From Hemiscyllium ocellatum (Eukaryota): a stretch of DNA of 47,139 nucleotides. Of this stretch, positions 11,420-21,118 are shown in pieces (position 1 is the stretch's first letter; each line of letters opens with the position of its first letter). The notes beneath the pieces were generated by a model. It made no database searches. It saw only the letters and a list, made by a program, of their open reading frames with translations, and was not told where the DNA came from. The stretch covers positions 186,001-233,139 of the forward strand of contig NW_026867481.1 in assembly GCF_020745735.1 (NCBI RefSeq). The letters run 5' to 3'. Made by a program: the position numbers and the translations under genes.

Positions 11420-11880
11420 GCTTACAAAGATCTTAACAGGACTAAAGAATGTGAGGTACAATGAGAAGCTGAGACATTTTTCCCCTGAGAGAAAGAGGGT
11501 AGGAGGTGGAAAGGCGAACAACTAAAGATCACAAAATCATCATTGGTGTGTATTAGTTGAATAGAAAAGGTCTCTTAGCCTGGGGAGGCGAGTTCAAGCC
11601 TGGAGTACAAATTTTTAAACTGAGAGGGGAGAAATTTGAGGCGATTTTGAGTGTAACTTTTTCATGTAGAGGTTGATGTGCACACTCACTTAATAGCCCG
11701 AGAAAGGGGTAGATGCAGGAGCAATTATAACATCTCAGACACATATGGGCAGGCACATGAATAGGAAGAATTTCGAATGAGATGGACCAAACTCCGCTGA
11801 ACGTGTTTACTTTAGTTTCAGAAGACTGTTCGGTCTGAACGAGTTGGACTGAATGAATTGTATCTTTGCTGCATTACTCC
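11420..11880 (+). mobile_element. CR1-type LINE 3' end
   Basis: Degenerate GL..L.Y.E.L...FSLE..R.RG...FFP...E....G..FK.RGE.F-type ORF2 tail and 3' UTR, homologous to the 23630-24250 and 42960-43910 segments. Confidence 0.7.
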
Positions 11881-12418
11881 GTGACTCTAATCTGTGAGCA
11901 CAGGCGTGCTTTGTTCTTGCAACATTTGGTATCAAAACATCTGGTTGAAAAAAAAGTGTTTATGTCAGCAAATATTAATCGAGCTTTTAGGAACTTGAAC
12001 TCATTGGTTCAGGTATTTTATGAGTAAAATGTATCTGTTTTATTATTTTCTTACGCATCATATAGTGCGATCCTGTTGCTTTGAAAAATTCATTGCTGAT
12101 TGGAAAACATGGTCAGGTCAGATATTTTGATAAGATTTCTTGTCACAAAAGTTTGAATCTATATAACAATAGAGAAGAAATTCCTAATCACCTCCCATGG
12201 ATTATTGTTAGAATGTATTCGATACAAGACACAGAGTAAACTTGCCCCAGTGATGCACTGTTCACTTTTAGATTATTAAATATTTGAATTCATTTCAATT
12301 TTGTACTTTTGTGAAGATAATATTTTGGAAGTATATGTTTCTCTGCAATCGTCCCCCGACGCCCTCCATTCTCCTCTCCACACATGCACCATTTAATGAG
12401 TTTGTTTCATTGCGGCAG

Positions 12419-12457
12419 AGTTTTTCTACGGGGCTGGCTGTCATTCCTGTTACTGTG
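12419..12457 (-). promoter_or_regulatory. 23-RSS of the V gene at 12458
   Basis: Heptamer CACAGTA (12451-12457), exactly 23-nt spacer, nonamer AGAAAAACT (12419-12427). Confidence 0.9.
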
Positions 12458-12984
12458 TCTCTCAGTCCACAGTAATACACTGCGCTGTCAGACAGCTGCA
12501 GCTCACCAATGGTGAAATTCCCTTCACTGTTCGACGTGTCCAAAGACGACAAAAATCGAGCCGCCACTCCCTCAGCTCTGACAGGATCTCCGTAGTTAGG
12601 GATGTATATTATGAATGTTAGGGTTTTTCCGCGGTACTGACGGTACAACTGTAAGGAATATGAGGTATGTTGGGTCGAGTATGTGAATTTAATGGTCACC
12701 GAGTCTCCTTCGAACAATTTGATTGCATTCGGCTCTTGTGAGATCGAGTCTGCACAATTAGAACCTGAGGAAATTTGGAAATAACCGACAATTACTTGTC
12801 ATATTCTCATTTTAATCAAATAATGTCAAGAATGTGAGAAACTACGTCACAAATAGCGAGGAAAAATAGTTACAGTGAAGGTCACCATACCAATGTCAAT
12901 TATCAGCAACATTTGCCACCTCTTGAACTTACCAGTTAAGAATTCTGCAGCAGTCATCAATGCATAAAATGTGAAAATCAACAT
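12458..12984 (-). CDS. TCR alpha/delta-type V gene segment: leader exon 12933-12984, V exon 12458-12764; open frame but non-canonical (C23 to F, W41 to L)
   Basis: Leader MLIFTFYALMTAAEFLT-G ends at a GTAAGT donor (phase 1); acceptor CCTCAG. V exon GSNCADSISQEPNAIKLFEGDSVTIKFTYSTQHTSYSLQLYRQYRGKTLTFIIYIPNYGDPVRAEGVAARFLSSLDTSNSEGNFTIGELQLSDSAVYYCGLR has no stops and abuts the 23-RSS. Confidence 0.9.
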
Positions 12985-13691
12985 GCTTGGCAAGCAGAGG
13001 GTGAGTTTAAGCAAGAGGTAAATAAATTAGATTGTCTTTGTTCAGAGATGGTGGTCGGATTGAACACTGCAAACTGAAACTGAAGGGTTTTTATAGCTGT
13101 TGTTCTGTCGTATCCGGTCTTACTGCCGACTGGTTCTTTCACGGAAGCATCACCAGGCAACATCCAGTCAGTTCAAAACCTTTTGTTCTCTTGTCATAAT
13201 ATCACAGAGCTGCTCAGCAAACCTTCGAATCTGTTCCACTGCTCAATTTGACTATGGTTAGCACAGCAAACTTTCATGTGCAGCACAACTCCAAAGTATC
13301 TTATTTCCTTGAAGATCCACTAATCTTATCAAAATCATTTAGAAATAAATTCAAAGATATTGCAATGACTCCTCTTCTGATGTACTGACTTTAAGTGAAA
13401 TAGGTATTTACTCTAATTCTCGGCATTTTTTTACAAAGACAGTCTTTAAACTGAGTCGTTGATGCTTGAAAGCTCATGTCGTTATAGTTACAGTTCCCTA
13501 GTTCTCGATTAGGAGTGTTGGTTTCCACAACGAACTCTTAATATCAAAGTAAGGACGGATTTAGTGCAGAATACAAACATGAAGTACAGAAGAAAATCAT
13601 TCAGGACAGCTAACTTGGTTTACAGTACTGCTCAAAGATATGTTTGTGTTTGTGTTTTGGGGGGGGGTGTGTAGAGTAATCGTGTTTTGTC

Positions 13692-13730
13692 AGGTTTTAT
13701 CCGGAGTGCCAGTGGCCGTCTGTCAGTGTG
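13692..13730 (-). promoter_or_regulatory. 23-RSS of the V pseudogene at 13731
   Basis: CACACTG (13724-13730), 23-nt spacer, ATAAAACCT (13692-13700). Confidence 0.75.
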
Positions 13731-14035
13731 GGGATCAGCACGCATAAACATACCTCAGCGTAAGAGATATAAGAAAAAGCGATCTTGAAAGAAACTGTTT
13801 TGATTTCTTTAGCCAGACTAGCAGAAAACCTGTCTGAAGAATCTGGAGACTTTTCGCCCTGTTCCATATCGAATCTTCTTAGTAGATGCCTCGGAGCTTT
13901 CCCAGGAAACTGAATGCACAAGAAGACTGATGATCTACTGTATTTCACTGGGTAAAGAGGTTTCAGAATCCAGTCTGACCTTCCCGAAACATTCGTTAAA
14001 GTAGATTCCACAAAACTGTATCACGGTAACTCCTT
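13731..14035 (-). pseudogene. TCR alpha/delta-type V pseudogene
   Basis: Acceptor TTTTACCAG at 14036; 305-nt exon with a frameshift near its start. QFPGKAPRHLLRRF...SPDSSDRFSASLAKEIKTVSFKI...EVCLCVLI. First Cys and Trp lost; 23-RSS follows. Confidence 0.85.
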
Positions 14036-14811
14036 CTGGTAAAATAAAATATAAGATGTCAAAAATCAGTCGTGAATCATATGAATTACACTTCGACTTA
14101 AGTAACTCAGACTAATTGGTGTTTGCATAGACATTAACATCAGCAAGACATGAAGGAGGCATGAAGGTTGAGAGGAAACCATCCACTTCTTAATTTATTT
14201 TGATATGACTGAACCAACATCAAAAATAGGCCTCAATTCCTCGGCTCGTGAGGGTCCTTTTTCTTGTTCCGATTGGTAGATTTCACTGATCTCAACAATA
14301 TATCACTCATAGTTAGTTCATAGCTGATTGCAGCTGAACCTCTCGAAACATTTACGTGATTTTTTTGCCCCCTTGCTCTTTCTCACAATTTCAGACGTTA
14401 TGTCTCTATCTTGATTTATCTCATTTCATGTCAAGCTTAATGGCTATGTACTCAAGAAAGCAAATAGCTCCCTGTGGTTAAACTGAAAGGGGAAATAATG
14501 TAAAATTGATTAAATACTCAGGTCTTAAGCAATGTCTGCAGCAAAGGTGCACAATTAATCATTACTGTGAGAAGATAAGGAAGGGAATGCAAAAACGTCA
14601 TCCAGCTCCAAATTCTGGATTCTTGCCATTGGAGCCACTTTGTTGTGGAAAGCTCATAACTTCAACCAGTTTTTACTGTGACCCCAGAAGTTTGAAACCC
14701 AATGTCCCTAATTATGTTTTTTAAAAAATTAAATCACTTTTGAAAGATTGCAGTTTTTGGATGGAACCGGATTCACAAGTTACAGAAATAAAAATAAAAT
14801 GCAGTTACTCA

Positions 14812-15030
14812 CACTGTGGGTCTGCAAAAGATGAATAGGAGCAGCAGTACGTCATTTAGTCCTTTGACTCTGCTCCTCAGTTTCAGAATATCATGGCTGA
14901 CCTGATAGTGTCCTCTGGTCTGATTCCGTGTCTGGCCCCAGAATACAGTTCTCCACCATAAATTAAAATTCTGTGTATTTCCACCTTAAACATATTCAAA
15001 GGCGCAACCCCACTTTTATGACAGATACGA
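14812..15030 (-). pseudogene. Heavily decayed V relic
   Basis: Perfect heptamer CACAGTG (14812-14818) preceded by AGACC, as in the V at 15325. Upstream fragments GGNTQNFNL, VFWGQ and TAA.YS. Nonamer absent. Confidence 0.4.
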
Positions 15031-15286
15031 ATTTCACAGGCAAACGACACACTGAGAGGGACGGAATAACGTCCTCATCTCCATTTTCGTGGGAGGGCCG
15101 CAATTTTAACATGCTTGATCTATATTTCCTGTGTCACCAAAAGGGAATATCATCTCCTCAGCATCCAAAGGGTTTTCGCTGCTTGGGATATTTCATGTTC
15201 TGCATGAAACAGCGCCTATTGTTCTCAATATTTTGCAAATGTTTTGAGTGTGTCTCCCCTGGTGCCCTTGATTGTCCAGCTGACAG

Positions 15287-15324
15287 AGTTTTTGTGTAGG
15301 TGACGAGGGACTCTCAGCACTGTG
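15287..15324 (-). promoter_or_regulatory. Near-consensus 23-type RSS (22-nt spacer)
   Basis: CACAGTG (15318-15324), 22-nt spacer, ACAAAAACT (15287-15295). Confidence 0.92.
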
Positions 15325-15617
15325 GGTCTCAGTGCACAGTAATACACGGCGCTATCTTTCAGCTTCAAACTTTTCATTGATAAGTGCAAAACTCGTTTTT
15401 CCCGATTGAGATTCCCACTTAAGTGTTCAAAACCGGGAACTGTATCATTATATCCATAACTGTCCGCTCTGATCAGATATTGAGGTGCTTGCTGTGGATA
15501 CTGGCAGTACCAGAACAGGCCATAGTTTGCACTTGCAGCAGATACCGAGTAGTTGCAAGTTATAGCTGAGTCTTCACCCGTGAATGTTGATAATGATAAC
15601 GTCGGTTGGTTAACTTA
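15325..15617 (-). pseudogene. TCR alpha/delta-type V exon, domain intact but 5' splice/leader damaged
   Basis: VNQPTLSLSTFTGEDSAITCNYSVSAASANYGLFWYCQYPQQAPQYLIRADSYGYNDTVPGFEHLSGNLNREKRVLHLSMKSLKLKDSAVYYCALR is open from 15614. In-frame TAA at 15615-15617; no convincing leader. Missing from the ORF track because it has no early start codon. Confidence 0.9.
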
Positions 15618-15817
15618 GAAGATTTTACATCAGGTGTTAAGGCAGAAAAAGTGGTTACAAATTAAAGACAGAACAACTATTTTAACACGAACCAAACTTA
15701 AGGTACGCCATTAACAGTCGATTCTAATTGGTGGGTGTGCGATTTTGCAGTACTGAGTTATGACTGGAGATATTGGTATTTATTTTTGTGTGGGGAATAT
15801 CTACTACATCTGTGAAG

Positions 15818-16118
15818 CACTGTGCGATCCATAGTGCACGAGTACACTGTAGAAGTAAGTGCATTGTCGGTTGACAGTTTGGTGATGTTGCCAATGCTCT
15901 CATACGTTGAAGAGAAACGTTCAGTGACTTTTAGATTCATTTTCGTATTCCTTCCTGGAAAACGAAAACATTCCGTTGAGCCTGTCCAAAATGTTGATTT
16001 TTACAGGACAAGTAGATTCGATTGCAGCGTATTTTTAAGCTGCAGGTTACTGTGACATTTCTTCCACCTAGAACCACCGTTTCAGAGAGCAGGTTCTCCA
16101 CTGTTTCTTGGCGATTCC
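15818..16118 (-). pseudogene. V pseudogene of a divergent subgroup
   Basis: Two frameshifted pieces: QETVENLLSETVVLGGRNVTVTCSLK...QHFGQAQR and KVTERFSSTYESIGNITKLSTDNALTSTVYSCTMDR. Perfect heptamer CACAGTG at 15818-15824. Acceptor apparently mutated (TTTTTGCATG). Confidence 0.8.
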
Positions 16119-16941
16119 ATGCAAAAAGAAAACCTGGTCCAATAATCATCATGACATCACTATTGCCTTATGTTAGTATCCAACCTGTATTAATATTTAA
16201 GTCGCAACAGTCAAAGAGAAGAGATACTTGCTGGGAAGGAGATAATGCCTGAGAAATAACATAACGATCATGAGCATTGCAAAAAACTTCTGAATAGGGC
16301 AACTTGATTCCGAATCAATGAAATTCAAACTGTCACAGGAATAATACATTCACTGATCCAATTCATGGCTAATCCAAATAATGACAAACGTAGTGGGCAA
16401 CGTGGTCAGAACAAGAACAACAAAAGGAAGCTGAGGATGAGGCTGCCAATATTTTGCTGCTCTAATATGTACCTTCAAGAATGTGCGATGCACGTGACTC
16501 TGGCATCCTCTGACATTGGCTGTGAGGAAATTATATCGCAAGTCAAAATGCGATGTTATGCAGATTATTGTAAACTACAGGGTAGTTGATAGAAGATCCT
16601 TGATGTTTTTTGTAGTTTATGGAAACAACTGTGTTCATGCACACTATTTTCAACGATCCTATGTCTACTTCATCAGTCGCCTCGTTTGCTGTTACTATGG
16701 ATTTCCTCCTAATCGCTCTGTGTTGATTGTTTACCTTCAAAACCCTAAGTCTGTATCTTCTCAGTCTATTCAGTTTGGATACAATTCAAATCACTACCTT
16801 CTCTTTTCCTTTTCCTTTTCATTGTGTCCACCTTTCAGCACATGTGTCCTAGCCCCTTCTGACCCCTGTGAAGTTTTATACAAATAGTTGAAGCGTTCCA
16901 AACCTTCCTTGAGAGAGTTCAGTAACAGTATTCATCAGCCC

Positions 16942-17069
16942 ATTCCTGAAGAAGGGCTCATGCCCAAAACGTCGATTCTCCTGCTCCTTGGATGCTGCCT
17001 GACCTTCTGCGCTTTTCCAGCAACACATTTACAGCTCTGATCTCCAGTATCTGCTGTCCTCACTTTCCT
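16942..17069 (+). mobile_element. Penelope-derived short repeat with a mutated hammerhead core
   Basis: AUUC-CUGAAGA-A-GGGC(UCAU)GCCC-AAAAC-GUC-GAUU (G12 mutated to A), followed by the same downstream arm as 25159-25250. Confidence 0.8.
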
Positions 17070-19253
17070 CACCGTTTCTTCATATACACATATGCATGTT
17101 GCAATACAAATAATATTACAATTCATGACTCTGAATTAAGTGCATATAATGAACAATAAAAAGGCAATGCCACTTTAATGGTGATGGTCATGTTCCCCAC
17201 AAGACTTATGTTTCAACAATCCTGTACAATTGCCACCATCTTAATTTAATTCTGTGAAAACACTAATCCACTGTCCTTTATTTTCAGCCATATTGAAAGA
17301 CGTCAGTTAAGCACTTTACAGCTTTCCCATCTAAACATTTTAAAGGTGTTCAGTTCATTAAAGTCTCTTTTTCCATTCTGTTATTTATTTATTGTTTTAT
17401 TGTTTTCTGGACGCAATTGGTCGAGATATTCTACTCTTATATTTGCGTGTTACTTGCATTCTGTCTCTTGTAAGTTTGCTTATCTGTTTGGCTTGTAAAC
17501 TTATTCCTTTCCTCTTTATTTCTGGATTGGAAAGATATTAACACTCCGTCATTAAACTTCGTTCAGATTATCACTGTATGCTGAGAGAAAAAAAAATTGG
17601 CATCACAACTTCTAAAATGACATCATGACCGAGCAATGATTTCTGGTTTTGCTTTGGAGACGTTGATTCTGGGTTTTGGTACTGATGACTTGTGATTAAT
17701 ATATGTATCAGTAGAGATTGTTGTTTATATTCTTCGATGTAGGGTTGAAGAGCCTGGACTTACGATATGGATATTTTGAGGCCATTTACGAACGTGACAT
17801 TCTCTGTTGTCCAAACAATAACAGCACTGAAATAGTGGTAATAATGTTCCCAGTTTTTGAACCTGGTCAGAATGACATTAGAAACCGGATGTTGCGGCCT
17901 GTAATACAGTAGACAGGAAGGTTAATGAATTGTGTACTGGCTCTCCGATTTGCTTGGAGTGCATGGACTAGAAGGAACGACGTTTGAACTTTGAGGTTTG
18001 TGAATAAACTGCACGTGCTTACTGTTCAACTGAGTGAAAAGATACTTGGAGGAATCAGAATACCAAAACTTTAAGCCTGGAGCGAGGCACGTCGAACTCT
18101 TCTAAATTATTATTTTCGAAAGAGTTGACATATTCTTTTGTCCCCAACTGCAGCCTCACACCAGGCAATTCACTGTGCCATGTTTCTAATAATACTAGTG
18201 GTTGTGTTGGAGTGAAAGAACATTTAATAGTCATGTGGTTATGTGCATTTATCCTTCAGTAATGCGAGGACAGAATCAAAGATGATTATGAAGCTTTTAA
18301 ATTGGTATTTGATGAAGTTTGACATCAGTATTTGCATCTGTCTACGTTTGCATTTTAATCAGCAGGCTTGGTGTGATCACAAGTTAGTGTAGAACAACGA
18401 TTATGAGAATCGTTCAGTCTCGTTGATCTCACTTCACGATTCATCGCGTGCACAGAAATAAGTGAGAGTATTTTATGTGTTCGTAATTTCCGAAGCTCTG
18501 TCCTCTGCTGAATGACTGATCTGAACAATTATCCAGTCTTGTTGGCTTGTTCCATTCTATCGATGACATACAATCTGTCAGGGCATTTTATTTGTCACTG
18601 TAGGATTTCTCGTGCGACTACAGTGGAACTGATCAATGATGACATTCACAGTGTTCAAAGACTTTGATACAACCTCACCTATCGTTGCTGCTTAAACTTG
18701 TGTAGATACTGAGGGATGTCATAATCTTAACGTATGTTGAGGCACGATTTACGTCATTACAATCTAATATCCGACAAATACCTCGTGGGACATAACAAAA
18801 CATATACACTCATACAAATAATGCGTAGATACAATGTCTATCAGAACGAGTGATCACACTAACACTTCGGGAAGAGTAAAACAAATCATTCGTGGTTGCA
18901 TTCACTGAAGAGATTGCATATTGTCACTTCCTGTAAAATAATTGAACGAAGAATGAGGCCAGTAAACTTCATGAAAAAGGCAACATTTATGAATGGCTAA
19001 CTGAGCCATACACTAGTAGCATTCAATGTGTCGGACCAATGTCCGAGGAATTCGTGATCACAAAGCTGGAGAAAGATATCCCCAGTAATGTCCAAGTGTG
19101 CGCATCATCAGGCGACTAATTGTTTTGTAATGCATCACAAACTATTTTGTAAAATAATTTTATTGTAAGTTAAGTTTAAAAGTCATAATTTCTCAACTGT
19201 TCTTCGACTATTCTTGTTTAACTTTAGGCTTTGTTTTGGTATTGTTCTGGTAA

Positions 19254-19511
19254 CACTGTGATTCTTACGCCGAAGACTGAACTGCTGTTTCGGATTCTCC
19301 ATGTGATGCCGCCTTCTAGTGGACACTAACTGGAATTCTCAGCATTCCATTTGATGATGACTCCACTTTTATTCTGCAACAGTGTGGACTGCATGGCACT
19401 GGGATTCCAGGCGCTATATTCCAGAGAATAGCCCAGAGGGTAAATGAACCGATTTGATTTATTTGTTCAAAACAAGAGAGAATCAGTTTTGAAAGTCGTC
19501 AGAAGCATCAC
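19254..19511 (-). pseudogene. Heavily decayed V relic
   Basis: Acceptor TTTCAG|GT at 19511, fragment LWNIAPGIP, and SETAVQSSA*E ending one nt before a perfect CACAGTG (19254-19260). Shorter than a normal V exon. Confidence 0.4.
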
Positions 19512-20966
19512 CTGAAATAGATCTCATTAATAAAAATGTCCGAAATTTTCCTGGACCTAGGATGTCCCAGAAGAGTGTTGGACCGCCAGCTTTGAGTGCT
19601 GCCTTTTCAGAAACATTAATTCTTATCGATCCTGAAATGCCTCATCTCTATCTTAGCACCCTTTAACAAAGTACCAAGTTGACGTAATAACTTCTGACGA
19701 ATAATTTCTGACGAAGCAATAACTAATTTAAGCAGATCCATCAGGCATTATATCGACATAAGAAACAAAGAAAATTGGGGGAAATGGTGTCAGGTGTCCA
19801 TGGTCGCAGAAATGACAGAATGGTTTAAATAAGTTGACACATCCAATCTGATGTAAAACACCAAATTTAGGTGACTGCGTTGACTTGATAAACGCAAAAA
19901 AAGACAAGGGACGTTCCCAAGGAACCGTATCGTTTGAGCTCTCCGATCTGACAGAATTAGGCACCTATCATTGTTTGCTGCAGGTCATGTGAAATTTGAT
20001 ACTTTATCTGACCTTTGTTCTGTCCCTTCTTGTCCGTAAGAAGTATGCCTTCTGCTCTATCTTACTGCAGTCTTTTTCGGTTTCTGGTTTTATGCGTTGA
20101 TTAATCTGTCGTAACATCTGTCTTCCTTCTACAATCTTACAGAAAAATCTGGATGGGAGAATGATCCATGTCTCCTTGTTCAGCATTTTATCTGGCTACC
20201 AAAAACGTAGTGCAACATGAATGGGTATATTTAGCATGAAATTTCGATAATTTGAGTTAAGAAAAATCACATGTGTTATTTAAGAAACTGTGACAACGTT
20301 GATAGACTTATCACTTAATTTTCGGTGACAATGAACTTTCAACATAAATCTCTCACAAATTAATATGGGGGGATGAACGTAGATCAATAGGCTAAGTCTC
20401 GAGTTTATTCGCTAACAAGATTCCGTGAAGTAGATGCTAAAGAAGACCATTCCTTCCATCAAGGCTTCATCATCATTGAATTGGATTATGATATGAAAAT
20501 CTTTAACAGAGTTTCGTAGCTTTCAGCCTTCACCATGGATTCATTTACTCGGGAGAAATCTAGCAAATGTTACCTTGTCTCATGTAGTACAGTAGAATGA
20601 TGGTTAATTTGTTAGCGCGGCAGCTATCCGAGATTTAATTAATCCCACGCCCCTGTTCCCCCTCCCGTGTCTGGCAAATCGTCACATTTCAAAACTGCCC
20701 AAGTTTCTGCTGCAAAAGTGATTTAAACTGTTCCAACGCTCTCTCAAGGAAGTCATTGCAATTTTCACTGAATTTACTCAAAATAAAAAAAACTGTCCTT
20801 ATGTATGACCCCTCTCCGCCACGGAAGCACACGAAGAACTCTGCATTGTTATATGAAGTGGGAATATGATTATTTTTCTTCCCAAGAGTGCAGCTGGAAC
20901 ATTTTCCAGTCGAAGTCTGCCATTCTATCAGTGAACAAGAGTATGTCTAAGGACCATGTGCGTTTG

Positions 20967-21118
20967 NNNNNNNNNNNNNNNNNNNNNNNNNNNNNNNNNN
21001 NNNNNNNNNNNNNNNNNNNNNNNNNNNNNNNNNNNNNNNNNNNNNNNNNNNNNNNNNNNNNNNNNNNNNNNNNNNNNNNNNNNNNNNNNNNNNNNNNNNN
21101 NNNNNNNNNNNNNNNNNN
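20967..21118. other. Assembly gap (152 N)
   Basis: Run of N. Confidence 1.

Noticed and set aside
16516-16887. 123-aa ORF
   Set aside because: Partly resembles decayed LINE RT (KCDVM); otherwise low-complexity with no coding evidence.
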